Shown one piece after another: positions 1-6,939 of a stretch of DNA of 15,906 bases. The number at the start of each line of letters is the position of its first letter. The stretch's first letter is position 1. A program made the position numbers and the translations under genes. The DNA comes from Candidatus Iainarchaeum sp. (GTDB lineage: Archaea; Iainarchaeota; Iainarchaeia; Iainarchaeales; Iainarchaeaceae), in the NCBI GenBank assembly GCA_038895675.1, contig JAWANB010000021.1, positions 1-15,906 on the forward strand, in the 5' to 3' direction. The notes under the pieces are model-generated. The model saw only the letters and a program-made list of their open reading frames with translations. It was not told the origin of the DNA and did not search any database.

Positions 1-1
1 A

Positions 2-874
2 AAAAATTCTACAACTTCAATGAATAATAGTTGTTTTGGCAATTTGTGTTTTTCAAGTGTTGTTGATGGTAATAATAATACTGGCGTTGGTTCTAATGTT
101 TTAAGTTCGTTGGTTAAAGGTTCTAACAATGTTGCGCTTGGCTATTTTGCAGGTGGTAATAAGAGCGATGGTAATTATAACTTGTTTTTAGGTTATGAGG
201 CTCGCTCCGATTTAAACGTTTCTAAAGCTGTTGCTATTGGTTATGGTGCTGTTGTTAATAAGTCTAATGCTTTGGTTTTGGGTGGTGTTGATTCTAATGC
301 TGTTAGTGTTGGTATTAATACTTCTGTTCCTGCTAATAGGTTGAATGTTGTTGGTGATTTTAATGTTGTTTCTTCTTTAGGTTCTGTTCCTTCTTTGTTT
401 GTTTCTGGTTCTGGTAATGTTGGTGTTAATGTTGTTTCTCCTTCTCAGCGTTTGGATGTTAATGGTGTTGCTTTGTTTAGGTCTGATTTGAATGTTTCTT
501 CTGGTTCTAACAAGGGTGTTAGTTTTTCAGCTGACTCTAACAGGATTTGCTTTCCAAGCAACTCTTGTGAAATGTTAGTTGATTGGAATGGTTCTGCAAT
601 GTTTTTCGGTTCTAAAAAAGATAATGTTCGCTGGAATACTGCTTGTATTTGTCCTTTTTTTCCTACTCAAGATTGGATTATAAATGATGGTCAAACTTGT
701 ATGCTTACCTCTACTTGTAGTCTTTCAGCAAATGTTCATATTAAAAGAGGTGGTATGATTATTTCTAACACTGGTTCTTTGGTTTTGAGCTCTGGTAAGA
801 AATTGATAATTGAAAAGTCTCCTGATGCTAATTTTACTATTATGAAAGGCGGGAAACTCATTTTGAATAAGTGA
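2..874 (+). CDS. Adhesin/fibre-like beta-rich surface protein, 5'-truncated by the window edge
   Basis: The frame is open from base 2 (KNSTTS before the ATG at 20), so the true start probably lies upstream. It has YadA-head-like repeats (NTGVG, NVALG, NLFLG, AVAIG, ALVLG) and fibre-type repeats (VGINTSVPANRLNVVG, GNVGVNVVSPSQRLDVNG). It ends in a Cys-containing C-terminal module. Confidence 0.7.
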   Translation, partial: KNSTTSMNNSCFGNLCFSSVVDGNNNTGVGSNVLSSLVKGSNNVALGYFAGGNKSDGNYNLFLGYEARSDLNVSKAVAIGYGAVVNKSNALVLGGVDSNAVSVGINTSVPANRLNVVGDFNVVSSLGSVPSLFVSGSGNVGVNVVSPSQRLDVNGVALFRSDLNVSSGSNKGVSFSADSNRICFPSNSCEMLVDWNGSAMFFGSKKDNVRWNTACICPFFPTQDWIINDGQTCMLTSTCSLSANVHIKRGGMIISNTGSLVLSSGKKLIIEKSPDANFTIMKGGKLILNK

Positions 875-1094
875 GTTTTATTTTCAAGTTCAAAAATGTG
901 AATTGCGATTAAAAAATATGACTAACAAATAAAAAGACTTAAAAGACCTTAAATCCAAAAAATTGAGAAAAACGTCCATGGGTTAAAGTCTTTTAAATTT
1001 GGCTTTAGGTAGATTGTTTTCAAAAATAAGGTTGATGGATATGTTAATAAATCAAATATCGTATTAGTTTAATTAAAATTTTTGGGGGTTTTTT

Positions 1095-1496
1095 ATGCAG
1101 GTTGATGAAAAAGTTTTTGCTTTGGGCGTTATTGTTGCTGTGTTCCTTGGCTTTGGTGTTGGTTATTTGGCTTTTGGCTCTAATCAGCAGCAATCAACAA
1201 AGCTTTTTTTAAGCGAAGAAGACAAAAATTTTTTGATTGGTATTGCTCGTGATCAAATTGATTTAACTACGAGGATTACTGCTTTGCAGGCCGCTAACTT
1301 GGATTGGTGTACTGCTAATGGTGGTGCTTGGAATTATGTTACTCAACAGGCCACTTTGCCTGTTTCAAAAGAACAAGCTGCCAATCTTTTACAGCAGGGT
1401 GTTAATGTTCAACAATTGCCTGACGGTAATTTTGTTGCTCAAGCTATTGTTTTAGCTCAAAATGGTTGTATTTTAGTTCCAACTCCTAATAAGTGA
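1095..1496 (+). CDS. Hypothetical membrane-anchored protein (N-terminal TM helix, Gln-rich, 2 Cys)
   Basis: 133-aa ORF with a hydrophobic segment VFALGVIVAVFLGFGVGYLAFG. A GGGGG RBS-like element lies at 1084-1088. Confidence 0.8.
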   Translation: MQVDEKVFALGVIVAVFLGFGVGYLAFGSNQQQSTKLFLSEEDKNFLIGIARDQIDLTTRITALQAANLDWCTANGGAWNYVTQQATLPVSKEQAANLLQQGVNVQQLPDGNFVAQAIVLAQNGCILVPTPNK

Positions 1497-1503
1497 TTTT
1501 TGA

Positions 1504-2037
1504 ATGCCAAAGAAAAAAAGCTTATCTTTTTTCTTTTTTTTTCTTTTTTTTCCTTTTGGTTTCAGCTCAAGTTTTGACTCTAATGATTTGAATGCTATTG
1601 TTGATTATAATAGTTTTGATTTGAATGTTTTTGTTGATAGTAGTGATTACAATAATTTTGATGTGAACAATTTTTTTGATTCTAATTTTTTTGTTGTAGA
1701 TTTTAATGTTGGGGATTTTAACAGTGTTTTTGATTTGAATGTTGTTGATTCTAATTTTTCGGATTCTAATTATTTGAGCGATGTTAATGATATTCCAGAT
1801 TCTAATGTTGGTTTTTTTTCTTTGAATTTTTTTTCTAATTTTTTGTCTGACGTTGCTTCGTTGTTTTCAAAGTTTAGCAATTTTTTTGGTTTGAATAATT
1901 TGTTTGATGGTTTTGTTGAGGCCGTTTTCCCGCAGGATAAGAATTTCGAGTTGAAGGAAAAAGAGGTTGAGATTAATGGGCAAAAGGCAAAGTGTTTTGG
2001 TGTTGCTTGTGATTCTTTGCCAAATGAGGTAAACTAA
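1504..2037 (+). CDS. Secreted low-complexity protein with a D-x-N repeat array
   Basis: Signal-peptide-like start (MPKKK plus Phe-rich h-region), 7 nt after the previous stop. It carries 15 DxN tripeptides and a C-terminal CFGVAC. Confidence 0.75.
   Translation: MPKKKSLSFFFFFLFFPFGFSSSFDSNDLNAIVDYNSFDLNVFVDSSDYNNFDVNNFFDSNFFVVDFNVGDFNSVFDLNVVDSNFSDSNYLSDVNDIPDSNVGFFSLNFFSNFLSDVASLFSKFSNFFGLNNLFDGFVEAVFPQDKNFELKEKEVEINGQKAKCFGVACDSLPNEVN
1576..1806 (+). repeat. Degenerate protein-level repeat array: 14 D-x-N units in 77 aa
   Basis: Translation: DSN DLN..DYN..DLN..DYN..DVN..DSN..DFN..DFN..DLN..DSN..DSN..DVN..DSN, with a mean spacing of about 5-6 residues. Confidence 0.85.
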
Positions 2038-2304
2038 TTTTTCCTTTATGCTTTTCATCAATACTTTTTTTAGGGCTTTTTAAAGTCGTTTTTGTTTTTT
2101 CAGTCTTTTTTTGGTTTTTGTAGAAATCATGTTTTTTAGTCATATTTTTTTTTAACTTGTTTTTATTTTTTATTTTAGTTGTTTTTTTTGTATTTTTTGG
2201 GGTTTTATTTTTTTTGTTTTTTTTCAGTCATTCTTTAGAGATTAGTGGCTTTATTTAGTGTTTTTATTATTTTTGTGTTTTATTTATGTTTATTTGGGGG
2301 TTTT

Positions 2305-3891
2305 ATGGTCGTTTTTTTGTTTAGGGTTTTGTTTTTTTTGTTTTTTGTATTTTTTTTCTCTTTTTCTTTCGGTGCTCCTAATTGGTCTAATAGCTTTATT
2401 GATGTGAATTTTTTTAGTTCTTCTGATGTTTCTGGCTTTGGTTCTGGTCCTGTTGATGTGAATTTTGTTAGTGGTGATGTTCAGACTGGTCTTTGGAGTA
2501 ATTCTTATTTTGATTTGAATGTTGGTGTTTTTTTTCCTGAGAAAGTAATTAGGGTTTGTAATTTTAATGGTGTTCAGGATGATTCTGAAACTGGTGTTGA
2601 TTGTGGTAATGATGTTTGTCCTGTTTGTGCTCCTTTGGCTTCTTGTAATGACGGAATTCAAAACCAGGGTGAGTTAGGTGTTGATTGTGGTGGCCCTTGT
2701 TCTCCTTGTGGTGTTTCAACTTCTACGAGCGCTGGCGGTGGAGGTGGCGCTGGCCCTTCTGGTGGTTCTCCTATTGCTATTAGAGAGTTGAAGGTGGAGC
2801 CTCTTTCTGTTGGTGTTCCTTCTACTATTTCTTTTTTGGTTGCTAATGGTTTGCCTAATCCTTATTCTTTTGTGGCGGTTGTTCAAGTTTTTAAAGGTAA
2901 TTCTTTGGAGTTTTCTTTTGAGCAACCTGTTCCTACTGTTTTTTCTGGGCGTGTTGTTCGTGTTGTTATTTCTGAGAAGTGGATTCCTTCAGATTCTTCT
3001 GCAAGGCGTTTGGTTGTTTCTCTTTATTCTCCTGATAAGTCTAAGCGTTATGATTTTGTTGAAAAAAATTTGTTTTTTTCTCAGGAGCAAGTTGCAAGGC
3101 TTGTTGTTGAGGATTTTTCTAAAGTTTTGGTTATAAGCCCTGGTGAGGTTGGTTTTTTTGGTATAAAAGTAAAGAATTTTGGCAATGTTGAAGTAAGGGA
3201 TTTGAATATTATTCTTGAGGGTTTGCCTTCTTCTTGGTTTTCTTTTGATCAAGAGAAAAAGTCTTTGTTGCCTAATGAGTCTGCTTATTTTGTTTTGAAG
3301 CTTAATGTGCCTCTTGATGCTGAAAAGCGTTCTTACTTGGTTGCTTTTAGGGTTTTTGGTAATAATGCTTTTGTGGATTTTAGTTCTACTTTGAGTGTTA
3401 TTGAGCCTTCTGCTGTTGACGTTATTTTTAGGGACGTTGTAGTTGAGGATGTTTATGTTGGTGGGAAAGGAAGAATTAGGGGCGTTATTTTTAATCCTGG
3501 TTCTGATTCTTTGCATTTGGTTGTTTCTGTTTCTGCTCCTTCTGGTTGGTCTTTTTTGGAAACAGAGAAAGATATTTTTTTGGGTGCTGGTGAGGAAAAA
3601 GAGTTTTTTTTTGATTTCGTGGCTCCTTCTTTTAGTGCTGTTGAAACTTTGAGTGTTAGTGCTAAGAGGAAAGATTCTTTTGTTTTTGCTTCTGGTTCTA
3701 ACGAGGTCGTGAAAAGGTTTTTTGTTATTGTTAAGTCTCCTGAGTCTGATTTTATTTCTTTGTCTTTGCGTTTTAGTGATTTTGATTTGTTAATGGTTTT
3801 TATTATTCTTTCAATTGGTTTTGCTTCTTTGTTTGTTGGTTTGTGGCGTTTGAAGAGCAAGTTTTTTATTATTCCGAAAAGGAAGTTTTAA
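2305..3891 (+). CDS. Cell-surface protein: signal peptide, two Cys-rich repeats, Gly/Ser linker, probable Ig-like (CARDB/NEW3-type) domains, C-terminal TM anchor
   Basis: The ATG at 2305 is preceded by GGGGG (2296-2300), the same layout as at 1095, so it is preferred over GTG 2245. Motifs include CNDGIQNQGELGVDCGGPCSPC, the linker STSTSAGGGGGAGPSGGS, IKVKNFGNVEVRDLNIILEGLPSSW and a TM helix followed by a basic tail (KRKF). Confidence 0.8.
   Translation: MVVFLFRVLFFLFFVFFFSFSFGAPNWSNSFIDVNFFSSSDVSGFGSGPVDVNFVSGDVQTGLWSNSYFDLNVGVFFPEKVIRVCNFNGVQDDSETGVDCGNDVCPVCAPLASCNDGIQNQGELGVDCGGPCSPCGVSTSTSAGGGGGAGPSGGSPIAIRELKVEPLSVGVPSTISFLVANGLPNPYSFVAVVQVFKGNSLEFSFEQPVPTVFSGRVVRVVISEKWIPSDSSARRLVVSLYSPDKSKRYDFVEKNLFFSQEQVARLVVEDFSKVLVISPGEVGFFGIKVKNFGNVEVRDLNIILEGLPSSWFSFDQEKKSLLPNESAYFVLKLNVPLDAEKRSYLVAFRVFGNNAFVDFSSTLSVIEPSAVDVIFRDVVVEDVYVGGKGRIRGVIFNPGSDSLHLVVSVSAPSGWSFLETEKDIFLGAGEEKEFFFDFVAPSFSAVETLSVSAKRKDSFVFASGSNEVVKRFFVIVKSPESDFISLSLRFSDFDLLMVFIILSIGFASLFVGLWRLKSKFFIIPKRKF
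2557..2709 (+). repeat. Tandem pair of 4-Cys repeats (C..G.Q...E.GVDCG..C..C)
   Basis: CNFNGVQDDSETGVDCGNDVCPVC starts at 2557 and CNDGIQNQGELGVDCGGPCSPC starts at 2644. The DNA GGTGTTGATTGTGGT occurs in both. Confidence 0.85.
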
Positions 3892-3926
3892 AAAGTTTTA
3901 AAAACTCTTTTCTCTTGCTTTTTTGA

Positions 3927-5168
3927 ATGGTTGTTTTGAAAGACTCTTATGATGTTGTTGTTGTTGGTGCTGGTCCTGCTGGGAGTTCTTGTGCTTTGTT
4001 TTTGAAAAAGTTTGGTGTTGATAATGTTTTGCTTTTAGACAAGGCTTTTTTTCCTCGTGATAAGATTTGTGGTGATGCTTTCTCTGGCAAAAGCGTTGGT
4101 ATTGCCAAGGAGCTTGGCTTGTTGCATGATTATTTGAGTGAGCCGCATGAGGGTGTTTATGGTGTTTTGTTTAGTAATACTAAAGGCACTATTGTTGAGA
4201 TTCCTTTTCCTGGGTCTGATAGGCAGGCTAAAACTAAACCTGGTTTTGTCATGAGGCGTTTTGTTACTGATAATGTTCTTTTTAGGAATGCTAAAAAGCA
4301 AGTTGACGTGCTTGAGGGTTTTGTTGTTTCTGATCTTTTGTTTGATAATGGTTTTGTTGTTGGTGTGAGAGGCAAAGATAAGGATGGCGTTGTTAGGGAG
4401 TTTAGAGCTAAGGTTGTTGTTGGTGCTGATGGCACGAGTAGTGTTGTTGCTCAGAAGACTGGCAATGGTTTTTCTCCGCCTCAGCATCAGGTTATTGCAA
4501 CGAGGGGTTATTATAAAGGCGTTTCTGGAATGTCTGGTAATATTGAGCTTCATTTTGTTGATGAGATAATGCCTGGCTATTTTTGGATTTTTCCTTTGAA
4601 TGACGGTTGGGCTAACGTTGGTCTTGGTTTGCTTACGAGTGAAAAGAATAGGCGTAAGCTTGATTTGAAGAAAACTCAAGAGCAAATAATAGCTAATAAT
4701 CCTCTTTTTAGGGATAGGTTCAAGAGTGCTGTTATTGACGAGCAAGGCATTAAAGTTTGGACTTTGCCTTTGGGTTCTTATCATAGGAAAAATCATGGTA
4801 ATGGTTTTGTTTTGGTTGGTGATGCGGCTTCTCTTGTTGATCCTTTTTCTGGTGAGGGTGTTGGTAATGCTATGACTTCTGGGAAGATAGCTGCTAAAAC
4901 AATTGCTGAGGCTTTTGTTAAGGGTGATTTTTCTGAGGCAACTCTTTCTAAGTATGATAAAGAGCTTTGGGATACAATTGGGCCTGAGCTTAAGACTTCT
5001 TATAATATGCAAAGGCTTGGTAGTAATAAGTGGCTTTTGAATTTGTTTATTGATAAGGCTGCAAAAAAGCCTAAGGTTAGAGAGATTATTTCTGGGATGC
5101 TTGCTAATGAGACTGCTAAAAAAGATCTTGTTTCGCCTTTGGGTTTGTTGAGAGTTTTGCTTACTTGA
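3927..5168 (+). CDS. Geranylgeranyl reductase family FAD-dependent oxidoreductase
   Basis: Motifs DVVVVGAGPAGS (FAD binding), FPRDKICGD, VVVGADG, PGYFWIFP and LVGDAASLVDPFSGEGV. Confidence 0.92.
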   Translation: MVVLKDSYDVVVVGAGPAGSSCALFLKKFGVDNVLLLDKAFFPRDKICGDAFSGKSVGIAKELGLLHDYLSEPHEGVYGVLFSNTKGTIVEIPFPGSDRQAKTKPGFVMRRFVTDNVLFRNAKKQVDVLEGFVVSDLLFDNGFVVGVRGKDKDGVVREFRAKVVVGADGTSSVVAQKTGNGFSPPQHQVIATRGYYKGVSGMSGNIELHFVDEIMPGYFWIFPLNDGWANVGLGLLTSEKNRRKLDLKKTQEQIIANNPLFRDRFKSAVIDEQGIKVWTLPLGSYHRKNHGNGFVLVGDAASLVDPFSGEGVGNAMTSGKIAAKTIAEAFVKGDFSEATLSKYDKELWDTIGPELKTSYNMQRLGSNKWLLNLFIDKAAKKPKVREIISGMLANETAKKDLVSPLGLLRVLLT

Positions 5169-5262
5169 AATGCGTTTTTTTATTTGTCATAACTTGTGAT
5201 TAAAGTTTTGTGTATTGTTTTTTTTAGTTTGTTGGCTTTTTTTTGTTTTTTTGCAATTTTGT

Positions 5263-5270
5263 TTTAAATA
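5263..5270 (+). promoter_or_regulatory. Probable TATA box of tRNA-Val
   Basis: TTTAAATA lies 20-27 nt upstream of the tRNA. The same 11-mer TTTAAATACTT occurs upstream of the thermosome gene (6846-6856). Confidence 0.6.
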
Positions 5271-5289
5271 CTTGGTTGTTTTTTATTTT

Positions 5290-5362
5290 GGGCCTGTGGT
5301 CTATTGGTTATGACGCGACCTTCACACGGTCGAGGTAGCAGGTTCAATTCCTGCCAGGCCCA
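5290..5362 (+). tRNA. tRNA-Val(CAC), intronless, CCA not encoded
   Basis: Acceptor stem GGGCCTG/CAGGCCC, anticodon arm CGACC-TTCACAC-GGTCG (CAC at 5323-5325), T arm GCAGG-TTCAATT-CCTGC and discriminator A at 5362. Confidence 0.97.
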
Positions 5363-5366
5363 TGGT

Positions 5367-6656
5367 TTATTCTCTGAATGCTGTTGCTGTTGTGCCTGCG
5401 TCCCAACTTAGTCTTGGTCTTATTTTTGTTAGCATTACTTTTTCTGTTTCGTCGTCTAATATTATGGCGTAGCCCTTTGAGCGTGGCATTTCTTGGTAGT
5501 ATTTTCCAAAGTCTGTTTGTATGTAGCTTGGTCTTAGTTGTGAGACTGCTTCTATGTCTAATTGTGATGTCATTCTATGAGAAATGAATATGTCGCATTG
5601 GCTTATGCAGTCTGGGTGTAATTTGTCTGGTCTTTGTGTTGCTAACACTAATGATAATCCTGGTTGTCTTCCTACTCTTACCCATTCGAGTAGTGTTTTT
5701 AGTGCTGTGCTTTCTTGGTCTTTTGGCATGAACATGTGTGCTTCGTCTATGAATAACCATATTAGTGGTAATTCGCTGCTTCTCGTTTGGCCCTTTATTA
5801 GTCTTATTTCTTCTTCTTTTCTGTACTTCATTCTTTCTTCAAAAAGTCTTTTTCCTATTAGTGATACTATTGTGTCTCTTGTGCCTTCGCTTTCTGTTGT
5901 TTGTCTGTAAGTTGAAACGTCTATTATTGTTATTTGTCCTGGCTTTGCTATTTCTTTTATTCTGTACCCTTCTTTTTCAAACAGGTTTAGTGTTTTTGCT
6001 GTTTCAAACCTGCCTATTACTGCTTCTTTAGTGTTTTTTTCTGATTCTTCGTCTTTTTTTATTGCTGTTATTATGTCTTGTATGCTGTACCTTGTGCCTA
6101 ACTTTTGTTTTGTTTCTTCTATTATTCTTGTAATTAGTATTCCTTCTGGGTCTTTCCACGAGACTTTGAATAAAGCCATCCAGTCTTGGGCTTCTAACTC
6201 TGAAGTTTTTATTGTGAAGGCTCCTTCTATTGGTATGTTTTGGTTTTTGTAGAATTCTACTTGGTTTTCAGGAACAAGGACTCTTAAGTCTGTGCTTTGA
6301 GGTTCTAATTCCCATTCGCTTATTTCGTTGTAGTTTGTTTTTGCTGGGTATTTCATGCTCCAAAATATTCCAACAGTGTCTATGACTATTGTGCTCATTC
6401 TTGTTTTGATTTCTATTGGTTGTTTTGCCATTTCTTCTAAAATAACAGCCATTGTGTGGCTTTTCCCTCCGCCTCTTTTTCCACATATTAAGGTCAAGTG
6501 TGGTTTTGCTATGTCCATTAGTACTTTTCTTCCTAACACTGGGTTTTCGCCTGAGCTCATAACTATTTTGCCCAAGTGTGCTGTGCCTTTTTCTCCGTAT
6601 TTTTCTGTTTCTCGTTCGTTTCTTCCTATTATGATGGTTTTGTTTTCTATTCCCAT
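5367..6656 (-). CDS. HerA/FtsK-superfamily P-loop ATPase lacking an obvious N-terminal HAS barrel
   Basis: Walker A ICGKRGGGKS, Walker B IWLFIDEAH, and the motifs VRVGRQPG and LVLATQRP typical of HerA-like ATPases. Confidence 0.88.
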   Translation of the reverse strand: MGIENKTIIIGRNERETEKYGEKGTAHLGKIVMSSGENPVLGRKVLMDIAKPHLTLICGKRGGGKSHTMAVILEEMAKQPIEIKTRMSTIVIDTVGIFWSMKYPAKTNYNEISEWELEPQSTDLRVLVPENQVEFYKNQNIPIEGAFTIKTSELEAQDWMALFKVSWKDPEGILITRIIEETKQKLGTRYSIQDIITAIKKDEESEKNTKEAVIGRFETAKTLNLFEKEGYRIKEIAKPGQITIIDVSTYRQTTESEGTRDTIVSLIGKRLFEERMKYRKEEEIRLIKGQTRSSELPLIWLFIDEAHMFMPKDQESTALKTLLEWVRVGRQPGLSLVLATQRPDKLHPDCISQCDIFISHRMTSQLDIEAVSQLRPSYIQTDFGKYYQEMPRSKGYAIILDDETEKVMLTKIRPRLSWDAGTTATAFRE

Positions 6657-6845
6657 GTGTGTTTTAGGTTTTTTGTTTTTTTAAATATTGTTTTTTTGTG
6701 AGTTTTAACTCTTGTTTTGCCTTTTTAATGTAGTTTTGCTTTTTTTTTACCTTTAAGTTTTTTCACTGCTTTTTTTGTGTTTTTTTTTAGTCGTTTTTTT
6801 TAGGTGTTTCATTGGTTTTTGTGTTTTGGTTGTTGTTCCACTAAA

Positions 6846-6853
6846 TTTAAATA
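6846..6853 (+). promoter_or_regulatory. Probable TATA box of the thermosome gene
   Basis: TTTAAATA(CTT), identical to the element upstream of tRNA-Val. Confidence 0.5.
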
Positions 6854-6926
6854 CTTTTACTCAGAAGCCTTATTTTAGGAGTTTATAGTTATCGTGTATT
6901 TTTTTGCTAATTTGTTGGTTAGCATT

Positions 6927-6933
6927 GGAGGTG
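6927..6933 (+). promoter_or_regulatory. Shine-Dalgarno sequence of the thermosome gene
   Basis: GGAGGTG ends 6 nt before ATG 6940 and matches the archaeal SD consensus. Confidence 0.85.
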
Positions 6934-6939
6934 CTTTTT

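Noticed and set aside
1576..1806. CRISPR array or DNA tandem repeat
   Set aside because: Similarity is at the peptide level with irregular spacing. There are no 25-40 nt identical repeats with spacers and no cas genes.
20..2037. DxN as EF-hand/FG-GAP Ca-binding loops
   Set aside because: None extends to Dx[DN]xDG. Looser cation binding is not excluded.
2245..2304. GTG start extension of the surface protein
   Set aside because: T-rich intergenic-like sequence. ATG 2305 has an RBS-like GGGGG and gives a normal-length signal peptide.
2038..2304. Small genes or ncRNA in the poly-T intergenic tracts (also 5169-5289, 6657-6900, 14444-14558)
   Set aside because: Low complexity, only very short ORFs and no convincing stems. 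Consistent with strand bias and terminators.
4035..5012. 325-aa minus-strand ORF and similar antisense ORFs (2290-2661, 2989-3516, 3453-3860, 8537-9127, 9321-9713 and others)
   Set aside because: They lie opposite well-supported genes and have no motifs. The K/N/I/T-rich composition is what the strand bias would produce.
5290..5366. tRNA as an integration site for an island or provirus
   Set aside because: I saw no duplicated tRNA 3' end or integrase in the window, and the flanking genes look chromosomal.
6904..6939. TTG start extension of the thermosome
   Set aside because: The GGAGGTG SD lies inside it and points to ATG 6940.
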